Shown here one piece after another: positions 22,854 to 35,931 of a stretch of DNA of 64,000 nt. Within the stretch, counting starts at the first letter, position 1. Each line of letters starts with the position of its first letter. Source of the stretch: Gekko japonicus. Lineage: Eukaryota. The notes beneath the pieces were generated by a model. It was not told the DNA's origin, made no database searches, and saw only the letters and a program-made list of their open reading frames with translations. Made by a program: the position numbers and the translations under genes. Location: positions 1,111,760 to 1,175,759 of the forward strand of contig NW_015170892.1 in the NCBI RefSeq assembly GCF_001447785.1, in the 5' to 3' direction.

Positions 22854-25246
22854 CTAGGAAAAAGAGAAAGACAAAAATTTAAGCGTATTCAAAAAAGCCA
22901 GTTTGTGCTTTTTTAAAGCAGCAATACATCCTGTGCTAAGAAAAGAATCATTAATACATGATCTAACAGAAAGTTCACCAAAAGAACCAGAAAGACTTTC
23001 AATTACTGGTCAGTAACTAGACAGCAAACAGATATTTGAAGTCACGAAATATCTCTATATAATGTGCATCCTCTTATTTGACTCTCCTCTCACCTACCTG
23101 TTATTACCAAGGTCCCCTTCCAAGATGTGTGCTGTCTGCTCTGTCTCCATCTTGGCTTAATTCCTTTTGAGAGATAGCAATGCCTTGCTTTGAAGAAAGT
23201 GAGGCCAAGGCACTCCCCTCAGGCTATGCTAAATGAGTGGCTAATATTTTGGGTGAGAGACTGATTCACTGATGGGACATCTGCATACCTACCCATTGCA
23301 TTGGGGCTTGCAAAGTCAGGCACCCACCTAGATGCATCAATGTAATTTCATTAGCAAGGACAAGTCTTCCTGAGTATAAAATCTAATTACTATCAAGCAA
23401 CCTGGTGAGCTTAATTACTTTTACTGACCTTGTCTGAATGTCTCCTCCCAACCTGACTCTAGTGTGGGTGAAGCCTTCACCCTGCCAGCCGTGTTGTCCA
23501 TCCTGCCCGGACGCAATCACCTTTTGTTATCTTTCTGGGAAGCCCCCCCCCCCTTCCTAATTCAACCAAAGTCAGAAAACCCACAGATCCTTATCCTGAT
23601 GCCCCTCCTTGAATTCCTGGACTTAACAAATATTTATTTGATATTCTATTGTGCTGGCCCCTATAACTGTCACTATTCTGCTGGACAAAATTGTGCAGTC
23701 TCATCCCTCTGCTGGCTCAGAGGCTGCCCACTTTGCCTTCTGGAACCATCTCCTTGGGACCTTTGGAAGCCCTGTCTAAAGTCCCCTACCCTGAATCTCT
23801 GGATCATCTACACAGACAATGTACTCTACCCAACTCAGCAGACAGTTCACTCATTTTCTCTTAAAATTTTTCTTTCCCCTTCTTTAAATCCTTTCCTTTC
23901 TCACTTTTCCCTTGTGGCCATTGCCAGGTGCAGAATTCCCACTCAGCCAGAGGCTTGTCGCTGTTTTTCTTTCTCTTCTCTCATGTAACTCTTCATATAC
24001 TTGCCCCTCTGAACACAAGTGCACTGTTCTTACACTCGAGTACCTTTTCTCTTCCTGTACACCTGTATTTCCCTCAATAAATTCTAAGCCTTGCTTTAGA
24101 AAAGATCGAGTTGTTTTGTGGAAAGTGGTAGCCTGTTTGAGGTGCTTTGAGCTTGATTTCCCATTATCTAGGTAAAGATCCTTAAATCACACGTTCTGAT
24201 CCCCCTTAATTGGTGGATGTGACAGTTTTCCAATCTAGCCAGGCTGCGGAAGCGGGAAGAGGTTTCCTTCTGACACTGAGTTTAATTCTCCCGAGCTGGC
24301 TCTGGGTGAATGTCCCAAACCCAAGTTAGTGAGTCCACAGGTGTCGACACATCTGAAAGGGAGCAAGTGTGGTAACAGTAGGAGATCCCTATTCCAGTTC
24401 TGTCCTTCTCCTCACTGCTAGGTTCTTCTTGGCTGCCAGGAAACTCTCCTTTCCCAAAATATGTTCATCTTTAAGGACAGCTTTTGGTCCTGGTATTTTC
24501 TGTTGCAATTGTCTGCTGCTCTGTTTCAGTGTTACTATCCCCTCAGTTAGGTCAAGCAGAAACTTTAAAAAAAAATCTGGGATGACACATTGAATAAATT
24601 TTTCTCACATTCAGCTTCTGTCTGATCACCCAATAGGGCAAGGGGATTTTACACCAAATTAACTTTGCCAGACACCCTAATGGGTGTTTTATTTTTACTG
24701 TCCCTTCAGTGCGCATCTTAGGAGAGGGAGAGGGAAAGAAACAAAGAAAATGATATAACAATGTGTAGCTACTGGCTGGCCAGGTTTTGGGTTGGGCTTT
24801 TTTTGTTTTGTTTGGGGGGGGGTGGATTGTTTGCTTTGCTTGCTGTGTGTTACACTGTTGTCAGGATTGTGTTATCCCACCAGAGATGGTGTGTCGGAAG
24901 ACTGGACCCAAGTTCACTACCATTATTGTGATTCTGCTTAATTCTGTTTACTCAGTACAAACTGCTATATAAACAATGGAATATAATATTCTGGAATTAC
25001 TACCTACTTTATTTTAATTTTGATCTGCATGCAAATTAACATAAACTAGTTACCTTAAAAAGTTATTTACACTTAAAAATAATTCTGTTAACAACTACTA
25101 TAATGGCAATAGGTAATCAAGTTTTTGGTCGCTCTGGTGTAAAAAAAAGACATAAATTGAAATGGGAAAAAACCACCAGAAAAGAAAGAAGTAAATGTTA
25201 ATGTAGATCATAGTGTTTTTGTATAATAACATAATTCTATTCTTAC

Positions 25247-25328
25247 TGCTTCTTTTCCATCTAAAGCTTCCAGCCACATATTTCTGTCCTCTTCTGAGCA
25301 TGCTTGTACAGTCACAGGCATAACTGAT
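25247..25328 (-). CDS. ARHGAP10: ARHGAP10 coding exon (~exon 11), PH C-terminal helix
   Basis: 82 nt, AG/GT; SVMPVTVQACSEEDRNMWLEALDGKEA (conserved PH Trp). Confidence 0.92.
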
Positions 25329-26254
25329 CTACAAAACCACAAAGAATGGGGGGAGTTATTTTTAACCATTGATGAGCATTAATAATCACTAACCAACTAT
25401 CTCATCATAGGAAAAATAGCCATGAGTAAATATTTGATACACTAACAAATGCAAATGTCTTTGAAGTCGACACAATATATTTCCTTGCTAGATATTTTAG
25501 AAAGCATTAAAAATGGGAGATACACAGGACAGTCTAAAGAGGGTTGGGGAACAGGGAGTGGAAACACAAGGTTACAGATTCTCTTTCATATAATATTTCT
25601 GGTTGTGTTTGCGCTAGGCTCAGGGTGACCTCAGCAAAGAACCTGCCTGATCCTCTACAAAGCAAACACAAGTAAAGGAGGCCACTGGCACCACTCAGCT
25701 ACACAGTTCAAAAACTCACAACCTCTGGTTTGGGAAGGATAAACATTTGAACTAAGTGGTTAGCAGAGTGTGTTAAAGTAACAATGTGCCAGCAAGGACT
25801 TCTGCGCCATAGAAAAGAGCAGATAGGGCACAATACAGATAGCAGGTGTACCCAAACGGTTTCTAAGACATTCTTTATCAATTTAAATTACAGCATAAGC
25901 AGTCAACTCTTTTTTGGACATTGAGCTACTTTTTTTAACCTAATATATGTTCTAAATCTCATGAAAATCTTGCTTATCAAAAAGTTTGTGTCTATCCAGG
26001 TGACACACAAATACCCATAAGTAGCATGGTTTAATTTAGATTATGATTCCATGTGATTTCAAACACCAAATACACCCAATGAACCCAGCATATGAATTCC
26101 ATCCTTCTTAGCCTTGAAAGTTAAAACATTTCTCTTTTGAAATCACTTATCACTTCCAAATAGAAAGCATTTACTATTTTAAATATTTTAAAATCTTAAA
26201 TGAGAAATGTGTTACATGTCTTACATGAAACATAATATTTACCTGCCAACTTAC

Positions 26255-26349
26255 CTGTCTAATACTTCTATGTCAAAACAGAACCGCCTATCTATGGTAT
26301 CAGTATTCCTTTTGGTACAGTATTTTAGGAGAAAAACTTCCACCTCGCC
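26255..26349 (-). CDS. ARHGAP10: ARHGAP10 coding exon (~exon 10), PH domain
   Basis: 95 nt, AG/GT; [31 protein letters not shown](R). Confidence 0.93.
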
Positions 26350-27125
26350 CTGAAAAATATTTGTGTTGAAACAGAAGAGAGAATATTATAATCTACAAAA
26401 ACCAAGTTGTAAATGAAGAATTATTATTATTAAAACTGTCCATACAAACCCATTCAACAGTATTCACCCACTAGTATTGCAGCACATTCACTCTGTCGTT
26501 TAAAAGTACAGCCATGAATGTGAAACACAGAAAAGACCTGTCATGTCTTTTATAGGCTTTGAGCATTTCTTACAAGTATTGCAAGCATTTAGAAAGAATT
26601 GAAAAACAGAGGGATAGGCTGATGGAATCAGAAGGCAATGTAAATGGAAGGGCAGTGTTTTTTCCTACAGATGCTTCTTTGTTATTAATAACCTGTCATG
26701 CAGCACTGTGGTGGGGGAAAGGGGGGAATGCAAAGACAATGTAAGGTGCTCATGGAGTCCTTAAAAAGCCTTCTGTTCTGTTGGAATAAATTGCACACTT
26801 TGCAATTTATTCCAAGTTTCAGATATTATAAAACTCTTCTAGCGAATGCGCCTTACCAGCTAGTTATTCTTAAACTAAACTTTAAATCTCACTGGTGTTA
26901 AAGAAATACTAGAGATAAAAAGGACATTTTGGGGTAGTGTGATCTGTTCTCTACAACACCCCCTTAAACTTTCCACAGTTCTTATCTACCATTCCATTAT
27001 TTCAGCCTATTATACTTAAAACAAAAACTGAATTGCCCAGAGAAGAGATACAGGGGGCACCTTATCTTTCATACTCTCATTTAGATACAAGGCATGAAGT
27101 GCAATGAAATGTGAAATGTACTTAC

Positions 27126-27232
27126 AATTTTCCCACTTGACCTGTGCTCAAATGGTATCATAGTGAACTTTTTGGTCTCCTTCTTGTACATGCAGTAATG
27201 TTTTACCCAGCTGGAACCAAATGGGGCAGGTC
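27126..27232 (-). CDS. ARHGAP10: ARHGAP10 coding exon (~exon 9), PH domain
   Basis: 107 nt, AG/GT; PAPFGSSWVKHYCMYKKETKKFTMIPFEHRSSGKI. Confidence 0.95.
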
Positions 27233-28515
27233 CTTCAACAACAACAAGTTTTAGAATTATCTGCAATGTATAACTACATATATCTCCATTTTCCAAAGTC
27301 CTCTGCTGACTTTAGTTTGCAGACTCTTTTGCATTTTGTTGTAAAGTTCTCTGGAAAATGTTATCGAGCATTCAGATTAAGTATTTACTTTTGGGGAAGG
27401 AAATCAGCAAGGACAATGGATAATGGAGAAGAAATAGACCATGCAAGCACTGTCTGTATTCTGACAAAATGACGAATTGTAATTTGCAATTATTGGAACA
27501 TATCTTGGAAATACACAGGTTCCCACACACATCTTCCCCTTGCATGCAGCTCAGAAAGATTAATATTCCCAACAGCCACAGGTTGTTTCTGTACAAACTG
27601 GAGGGAATCAAACTAGAAGGGTTGCCTACAAACCAGATTCTAAACTAAGATTACATCCTGGTTTGAAATCCTGGCTTGCAAGCAAGAGAACAAATCACAG
27701 CTTGTCAGACCTGAATTCCTTAACCCACAACCAAGGTGGATGTGGAGGGGGAGGGGGTTCAAAGCCAAGACCTTCCAGGCCTCTCCCTGTAAATACAAAC
27801 CATGATTTGCTCTTACATCTGAATATTGCTACTGTTCTAAAGCTCAGAACTATAACTGAATGTGCAAAGTTCAAATTCATAACTGTCTAAAATTTACTGT
27901 CATTTCTGTTTAGGTTTACAAGCTGTCTTGGTGAGTTTCCACACTTTGCAAATTATTAATTTCTATTTAAATATTTGATGTGTGATTGAGTGATCGCCAT
28001 TGTCTTAAGCTAATTTTGTCTAACACTTACAATAAAAGTCCTGATTACATTAACATAACAGGGAATTTTCCCTTGACATTTGTGCATTATTACTTCAATC
28101 TTTAGGTTGAGGTCATAACTTGTCCCCAGCACATTACACAAAGGAAGTTTTGCATATCCAACAGACCAGTTTCATGCCCATGCTATGCAATGAAAAAACT
28201 ACATTCTTCCAGTTGGGTCACAGAGGAGACTCTGTGCCCTGAAAGAGTGGATGAAGCAGATCTATAACTTTAAATAGTTTTTCATTTAACATCTAAGTAA
28301 AGTTACTGTATGGGGTGGAATGCTGTTTGGTTTTTATTTTTACATGTCTGAATGTATATTTTCCTAAAGAAATCTTGCTTTGGTTTAACTATTTCAGTGT
28401 TTCTCGAAGTTCTTCAATGTGTTTTTCCCAAGTCTGATAAATGTCTGGGTCATCCTGTGCAATCTCTGAACTTACGTTTGAAAGCTCTTTTCATGGAAGT
28501 AAACTAGTATCTTAC

Positions 28516-28645
28516 TTTTCTCCTGCACATAAAGGTAGCCTTCCATCGTAAACTGATTAGCTCTTTTATGTTCCTGGGGATTTCGTCTGATTTTGTTCAT
28601 GAGCTCTTCCACTTCTGACCTTGTTCCTTCAAAACAATTTCTTGT
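28516..28645 (-). CDS. ARHGAP10: ARHGAP10 coding exon (~exon 8), BAR end / PH start
   Basis: 130 nt, AG/GT; TRNCFEGTRSEVEELMNKIRRNPQEHKRANQFTMEGYLYVQEK(R). Confidence 0.95.
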
Positions 28646-28828
28646 CTAAGTAAGAGAAAACAGTAAAACCTTTTTATGCCTGAAAACAGTAAAGAGAGTA
28701 CTCCATAACATAAGAAAACAACATGAGGATGATTGAAACTCTTCTTAGCATTTGACATGTCTAATGGCAAATTAGGGATTTCAGGTCATTTTTATAAGCT
28801 TGAGAAGCTTAAAACTGTAGTAACCTTA

Positions 28829-29360
28829 GTTGCAAAAAGCAGAAAGGGCCCGGGTAGGCAAGACCTGCCATTTGCAAGGCCGGGCAGGGAAGGAGGAGGC
28901 CGGCCGGTCGTCGGCTCAGGGAGGGTGGAGCCAGGTGTGTGGCGGGAAGATAGGCGCCTCCCCGCCCTCCCTGGGCCAACCGATGAGCAGCGGGGTATCC
29001 ACGGGAAGAGGGACCCCTGTAAGGGTCTTGGCGTGAGGGCTGAAAGGAAGAGGCAAGCGCAGAGACTAACAGCAATGGCCCTCACCACCAGGTGGCAGGC
29101 GTCCAGGTGAACCCCAACAACCTGCCATCCTGCAGGCTCTACCAATGCCGGCTGGCTGGGTAACGGATACCTCGGCTGGCAGAAGGGTCAGCCGACGGGT
29201 AGGATCTGGTGGACCCATGCTGTAACAGCTGTAATCAATAAAGCTGTGGCCAATTTTATCCACCTAATTTCCAAAGAAACTGTGTGTGAGTGGTCATTTT
29301 GAACGGGCCAGTGTAAGGCTGGCCAAGCCTCCCCATCCCAAATACGACCTGGAACCGCAA
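28829..29360 (+). mobile_element. Putative solo LTR
   Basis: ~530 bp CpG-rich block, TTGC...GCAA ends, AATAAA at ~29237 followed by a GT-rich tract; no clear TSD. Confidence 0.5.
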
Positions 29361-29925
29361 GAAAGTTAACTGAAACAACAGGAGGACACAAAAAACCCCA
29401 GTAGCCTGATGCAGGGAAAAAACAGGTGACAGAATAATCAATAACCCCTTTCAGAAACTGATTCAGATTGCTCATATACTCTCTCTCTCTCTAGACAGGA
29501 AAGATGCCTGGATTAAAGAGAAAGCCTTGGAAGAGACTGAGAGGATTTCTTTGCTGTAAAAGAATCAAATAGGTCAGCTCACTGGATTGTAAAGGCCAGA
29601 AAAATCTAGAGTCTGGTTAAGTTTCCTTTAATCAGAGAAACAGTTTAAACTCCCTACAGTCACGATGATAGATAGATAGACAGACAGACAGATTAACCTT
29701 TACCAGGCAATAGAACTCTTTGACACCATCCAGATAGCCACTTATAAAAAATAGTCTGTTAATCAATGAACCACTGGAAATTCCAACTAATTCTAAAGCG
29801 ATAAATCAACAAAATCCAATGATCTAATGAATACACAATAATGAAAAATGAACTGACAAGTGAAAAGACAAGTTAATCAATGTATACAACAGTTTGCATC
29901 CTGTCCTGCCACTCTACTCAGCTAA

Positions 29926-30093
29926 GTAGCCCTGACCTGGATAGCCCAGGCTAACCTGATCTAGTCAAATCTCAGAAGCTAAACAGGGTCGGCCCTGGCT
30001 AATATTTGGATGCGCGACCTCCAAGGAATACCAGGGACATGATGCAGAGGCATGCAATGGCAAACCACCTCTGAAATGTCTCTAGCCTTAGAA
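29926..30093 (+). mobile_element. 5S rRNA-derived SINE
   Basis: 'ctgatctagtcaaatctcagaagctaaacagggtcggccctggctaatatttggatg..ggaataccagg' is a 5S rRNA body with boxes A/C, followed by an RTE-like 'atggcaaaccacctctg' tail. Confidence 0.8.
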
Positions 30094-32326
30094 CAAGTCC
30101 AGTTCACCACCTAGTGGTGTATAATGCTAAAAGAGCTAGAATCTTATAATCTCCTGGCTACACTACACACAAGGCCATACAATAATTAATTATTATTACT
30201 CAGGTAAGTGTGGAGGGAGGGCCTCCTCTTCAGGAGGAAGGTTCCCCATACATAGCTGAGTGGTAGGATACAAGCCAGTCCCAATGTCTTCACGAGCTAG
30301 CACATGTAACTGTAATATTTAAATCATTATCTCACTCACCAATAGTCACCATCTATTATGTGACAATATATTCTTATAGCATAAACAAAACATTCTTGAA
30401 TAGTACTGTACCATTTCTTAAGAGTTCTTGAAAATAAAGCTATAAATTATGGCAATATTCCTTTTCCAATTTTGTTCTCTGTAACTGCCAGTAAATGGTT
30501 ATGGTATTTGTTTACCCTGTTCTGTGTTTTAGAGATATCTGCAATCCATGCAACTGATAACAGCTTCACTTCCTACTGACCTCTACTGAATTAAGATCCT
30601 GGTGTCAGAACAATTTACAATAGCTATCTAAATACCAAGATGTTATTTTAAGGCTGGATTGGATATTCACTGGATACAGATATCTATGGCTGGTCCAATT
30701 CAAGAACTTTTAATCAGTGCTTTATAATGCACATTGTACATATGTGCAGCAGCACAGCACACAAATACACATCATTAGCCAGTCTTCACAAAAGATGACC
30801 AAAACCATACTTTTAGTTACCAAAAATAATAATCAGTTCTAGAAACACTACAGCCAGTGCATATTTCACAAGGAATTGCAGCTTTTTTAACATAAACAAA
30901 ATTTTAAAATAGACAAAAGAGTGAACTTACATTTATGCAATGTCTTCTGAGTATGCATTTACATAAACTACAGTTGCATGCAGAATTCTTCCCACAACAT
31001 GGGTTTCCATAAGCATAAGGATATCAATTATTGCATGCAGTGGTTCTCATTATGATTGTGTAAGATACAAAGGAAAAGTATTTTCTTCTATGGCAGAATG
31101 CACAATAGGGGGCAGAAGTGCTGCATTTGGCTATGGAGATTAGGCTCAACAAGCCATACACTCTGCTAGCCTGAAGATGGCAATATGTTCCTTAAAGTGT
31201 CACAAACACCAAGATGAAATACTGTATTTATTCAAAAGGAAGATGGCCCTAAATGTAAGATGACCCCTCCCCAAAGAAAGAGACTTATACATAAAAGCAG
31301 ACATTCCTGAATTTAAAATGGCCTCTCCCTCAAAAAGCCAGAAGTATAAACAAAGTTTTCATTACATAGTAATCAATATATAATATATTACAGAATAAAA
31401 TAATTATTTTCACTTTTTACACTTCTTTGAATTGTAACTCTTCATAGTTTTGTATGACACTATTTCAAATTTAAAAAAGCAAAACTGGCTTTTTTTTTTA
31501 CCACAAGAGCCAAACTATTAGGCAAAGGCTGAAATAAGGACTGACCAACTGGCAATGCAATCCTTAACAGAATTACACTGAAACCAGTGGACTTAGAAGA
31601 ATGCAATTCTCCTTGGCAATACACTTGTTAAACTGCTCCCCCCACCAATGTTTTCTGTAAACTAGGAAGTTACACTTTTACAAGAGACTATGTTATATCC
31701 CCAATCCAGCAGGGACATCTTAATTCTTCCCTGTCTAAAATGTCCACAAACCCATAATAGCTATAGCCTAATGTCCTAAACTGCTGAAAGTCCTGCAGGC
31801 TGGGGGGGGGGGCTGCTCTCTTTTGAAAGGAGGGGGAAAAAAGCTGAAGCACTTGGAAACTCCTACCTGAAGCACAAGGGAAGAAACAAAAGGCAGTATG
31901 GAGTAAAATTCTTAAGCAGAAACACAGTAAAAAGTGGCAGGAACCCCACTGTTCCTAGGACTTCATACTATTTGCCAGGCCAGGAACTGCAGTTTCCAAA
32001 GCCAGCAAGTCTTGAAACTCAAAACAGCAAAAAAAAAGGCTTTTTTTTGGTCAGAGATTGTATCGCTTTCATTGCTGCTTCTCTCTGCTGGTGAGTGAGC
32101 TGCACTTTCCCTCCAACACTCTCCACATGTACCTTTCACGTCAAGCCCCTACTGCCTCAGCACAGCACTATCAAGCAGTGGAAGATGGGCCCCCCTCCCT
32201 TTTTGTAGAAAGCAAAAAGAAGTTAAAAATTGTCTTCCTTTTAAGTAAATACAGCAGCACAAACAAGAAGCTTATTTTAATTACAAATAAAATCTTCAAT
32301 TTTTTAAAAAGAGTACCTTCACTTAC

Positions 32327-32431
32327 ATTCTGGATATTGATCTGCAAAGCCATTTTGTAATGGTTAAAATCTTTGGCAAGCTCGTAGCCTTGATGGTAGA
32401 AAGTGAACATGCCCTGAAAAAATGACAGGAC
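32327..32431 (-). CDS. ARHGAP10: ARHGAP10 coding exon (~exon 7)
   Basis: 105 nt, AG/GT; VLSFFQGMFTFYHQGYELAKDFNHYKMALQINIQN. Confidence 0.95.
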
Positions 32432-32569
32432 CTGAAATACAACAAGAAGAACTTTTTTTTTAGCAAAAGTGCCAAATCAGCGGCAGATTTCCTACTCCTC
32501 TCCTTTCAACACACACACATACACACGCCTCATCTTTCCAGCCAAGGCTGCAGTGTTTAAGGAAGAGTG

Positions 32570-32779
32570 GAAAGTGCTGTCACGTCATAGCTGATTCATG
32601 GCGAATCCGTGGGGTTTTCGAGGCAAACGACATTTAGAGGAGGTTTTATCACTGCCTACCTCCACATCATGACCCAGTATTCCTTGGCAGTCTCCCATCC
32701 AAATACTAGCCAGGGCCAACCCTGCTGAGCTTCCGAGATTGGAAAAAATCAGGCTAGCCTGGGCTACCAGATTAGGGCC
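32570..32779 (-). mobile_element. 5S rRNA-derived SINE (second copy)
   Basis: Reverse complement of the same 5S head and tail as 29926-30093. Confidence 0.8.
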
Positions 32780-33084
32780 TTTACAAATGATAAAGAATTG
32801 TTTCTTCCCTTGGCCAGTACAGCAGTGTTTAAAAGCAATAAAGTAATAAATGATTTAATCTTAGAAAAACTCATATAGATCTCTTCCACTATAAAATACA
32901 GAGAACAACTGAATGCCTTGAAGAAAAAAGACTACTTTTTAAAAAGATGCCAAAAAGGAAGCTGAACCCAAATGTATAAATAAAGGAATTATATATAATT
33001 AGGAATAAGGTCCATTGTGGAAATAAATACAAAGAGCTCTAGAAAGAGGCTCTAGGCAGGTGCCCTGGCCTTGAGCAGTCAGTG

Positions 33085-34142
33085 TCAATTTGCTGTGGCG
33101 ACCTCAGCAGGGTATAATAACACAGAGTTTATTGTTTTCTCCAGGGGAACTGATCTCTGCCATCTGGAGACCAGTTGTAATTCTGAGTGATCTCCAGCCC
33201 TCACCTGGAGATCGGCAACAATGGTTCCCCAGGAGGAAAAGTACAGTCTTTCTCTGCAGTGGGGACCATAGCATTTCTCATCATTCTCCTCTCCCCCTTT
33301 TGATCTGCATAACAACCCTGTTAGGTAGGTTAGGCTGCAAGTCTGTGACTGGTCTGAAATCATCCATTCAGCTTCCACAGCAAGAACCTGGGTCTGGAAG
33401 ACCCTGCTCTGAAGTGCTAACTGTTACATCACACTGGCAGTCATAGGGTGGCCACCTCAACAGGGTATAATGACACCATTTTCTCCAGGGGAACTGATCT
33501 GTGCCATCTGGAGACCACTTGCAATTCTGAGTGAAAATAACTGCTTTGGAGGGTAGACTCTATGGCATTCTGTTCAGCTTAGGCCTCTCCCCTCAACAGG
33601 GAATAATGACACAGAGTCCACCATTTTCTCCAGGGGAACTGATCTCTGCCATCTGGAGACCAGTTGTAATTCTGAGTAAAAATAACTTCTTTGGAGGGTG
33701 GACTCTATGGCATTCTGTTCAGCCAAGGCCTCTCCCCTCCCTAAACTCTGGCTTCCATAGACTCCACCATAAAATCTCCAGGAATGTCCCAACCTGCAGC
33801 TGGCAACTCTAGTCAGGACCGGCCCCTATGAGTTCCCCACAAAGGCCTGGAAAAGGCCTCCTCCCCCTAACTTTTTACTGACAGAACCAAGCCTGGTTGC
33901 CTAGCAACAGCCACTGAGGGGGAAGGAGGGTTGCCAGCTCTGAGTAGGGAAATACCTGGAGATTTGAGGGTTGGATCCTGTAGACGGCAGGTTTGGGGAG
34001 GGGAAGGACTCAGCAGGGTATAATGCCTAGGGTCTACCCTCCAAAGCAGCCATTTTCTCCAGGGGAACCGATCTCTGTCATCTGGAGATCAATTGTAACA
34101 GCAGGAGAGCTCCAGGTCCCACCTTGAACTTGGCAACTCTGG
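33085..34142. repeat. Cluster of short 'GGGTTGCCA..TTGGCAACCC'-type repeats plus a SINE fragment
   Basis: 'ttttctccaggggaactgatctctgccatctggagaccagttgtaatt' recurs four times; partial inverted copies; Squam3-like piece at ~33280-33440. Confidence 0.7.
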
Positions 34143-34729
34143 GGGATAGTCAGCCACACACCAGGAGGTTGAAGAGAATAGTTTGATGGCCCCTGGCCCA
34201 CCTCAGTAGCCAGCCAGCCAGCCATGGAGGAGCTAAGCAGGAGAAGCATCTATGTCAGGTGAGACAGCCGTTTTGGCAGTTTATTCTGTCACGGAAGAGT
34301 GTCCAGGCAGGGGAGAGGAGCAGACCCAACACCCAGCCAATGGCATGCAAGTACTCTTGAGTGGCAGTTGATGGGCCAATGGCTGATGGAGCACACAGCA
34401 CAGCCAATGGGAGAGCCAGAAACACAGCTATTTATTTCTTCATACACCCATTGCAGCCATGTGGAATATCACTTTGGAGCAGTGGCTCCCACACAGCTCA
34501 GTGAACAAATGAGGGAATTCTTTCTCCACTGCTTTCACCTACTCCATTTGCATTTGAAAAACACTGCACTGAGAAGATGAAATAAAATTATTTAGAATAT
34601 GGAAGTGAAGGGCCTTGTCCTGAATTCTGCTTAGTCAAATGTCTTTTTCACTCTCTGCTAGTTATTATTGCATTCTCCCTCTTTCAAAATGCTTTTTGGT
34701 ATAGAAGATTTTTACAACAAGGTACTTAC

Positions 34730-34840
34730 AGGTTCTACAAATTCAAATTTCTTTCGTTCCTGTATCTCTTGCAGCTTACACACATATTCAAGAGACAGCT
34801 CATAAAAATGCTTTCGATTTTGTTCCACTTGATTGTCTGC
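34730..34840 (-). CDS. ARHGAP10: ARHGAP10 coding exon (~exon 6)
   Basis: 111 nt, AG/GT; ADNQVEQNRKHFYELSLEYVCKLQEIQERKKFEFVEP. Confidence 0.95.
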
Positions 34841-34929
34841 CTGCATTAAAAAAAGTCTGCTTTAAGATTTTATATGTCCTATGCCAATTAAGCCAATTGA
34901 TTTCAGTGAACTCAAGCTTCTAGGTCAAG

Positions 34930-35126
34930 ATAATGAAAAGAGGCCTCCATATTCAGAGGCGATAAACCTCTGGATAGCAGTGCTAAGAGGCAGCATCAGG
35001 GGACGGCCTTGGCCTCTATATCCCGCTTCTTGGCCCTACAAGGCAACTGGTTAGCCACTGAGTGAAGCAGGATATTGGATTAGATGGACCACTAGTCTGA
35101 TCTAGCAGAGCACCTCTTACATTCTT
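34930..35126 (+). mobile_element. CR1 3' tail fragment
   Basis: 'ggccactg..ctggattagatggacc..tctgatc.agcag..tcttac.ttctt' CR1 3' end. Confidence 0.7.
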
Positions 35127-35829
35127 TCACCTAACATTCTGTGGGACTGTGACACAAATTTAATTTTTTTTCAAATGCCAAAAGATAAAATTCTACCTGT
35201 ATTGCCGAATTCATTCTGTATCAGTTATTACATTAATTACAGCAATCATGTTTTTCACGGATACTGAAATATTTATTTAATAAATACATCAGACAATAGA
35301 TAATTAATGTGTGGGAAGTTACCATTACCTTATAAATTCAACTACATTCCCCCTTAACCGGAAAATACATACTGTTGCATCCTAGTGATATAAGCGCTAA
35401 AGGTTAAGAGACAACAATTCTCAAAAGAAACTATAGTGGGGGGTACAAGAGCTCAGCTTCTACTTCACGGAACAACTCTGGTAGCATGAGAAAAATCAGC
35501 TCCTGTAATATCTAGCATTAAGACTATGCAAAATAATAATAATTTATTAACATATGCAGCTTTAGCATAATCTTAACTGGGAGCTCATCATATTTATGAT
35601 ATATGAAGCAAAAAATATTACATAGGCAGCATCACTTTCCAGCTATTCAAACTTCTTTATTCTTCTTTATTTTAAAATCTTATTTAAAAAAAAAATTTTT
35701 TTTTTAACCAAAACAAGAAAGCCTGGCTGCCGGCATTCAAGTTTCAAAAGAAAACGTATTACTGAAGTAATGTTTACACTTTTTGCCTTCAAAGGGTAAA
35801 CATCTTCGACAAGACAATAGAGACAATAC

Positions 35830-35931
35830 CTCCAATAGCTGTGTTTCTTTCTTCTTCGCTGACATATTTAAATGCTTGTCTAGCAAACTGTAGTTCTTCT
35901 CTGTTTCTTTATCATACTTCTTCTTTTCTTC
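35830..35931 (-). CDS. ARHGAP10: ARHGAP10 coding exon (~exon 5)
   Basis: 102 nt, AG/GT; EEKKKYDKETEKNYSLLDKHLNMSAKKKETQLLE. Confidence 0.95.

Noticed and set aside
29926-30040. Possible 5S rRNA gene
   Set aside because: Diverged, lacks a proper 5' end and terminator, and is fused to a SINE tail
33085-34142. Repeat-spacer-like pattern
   Set aside because: Vertebrate intron; irregular spacing; these are copies of an interspersed repeat and not a CRISPR array
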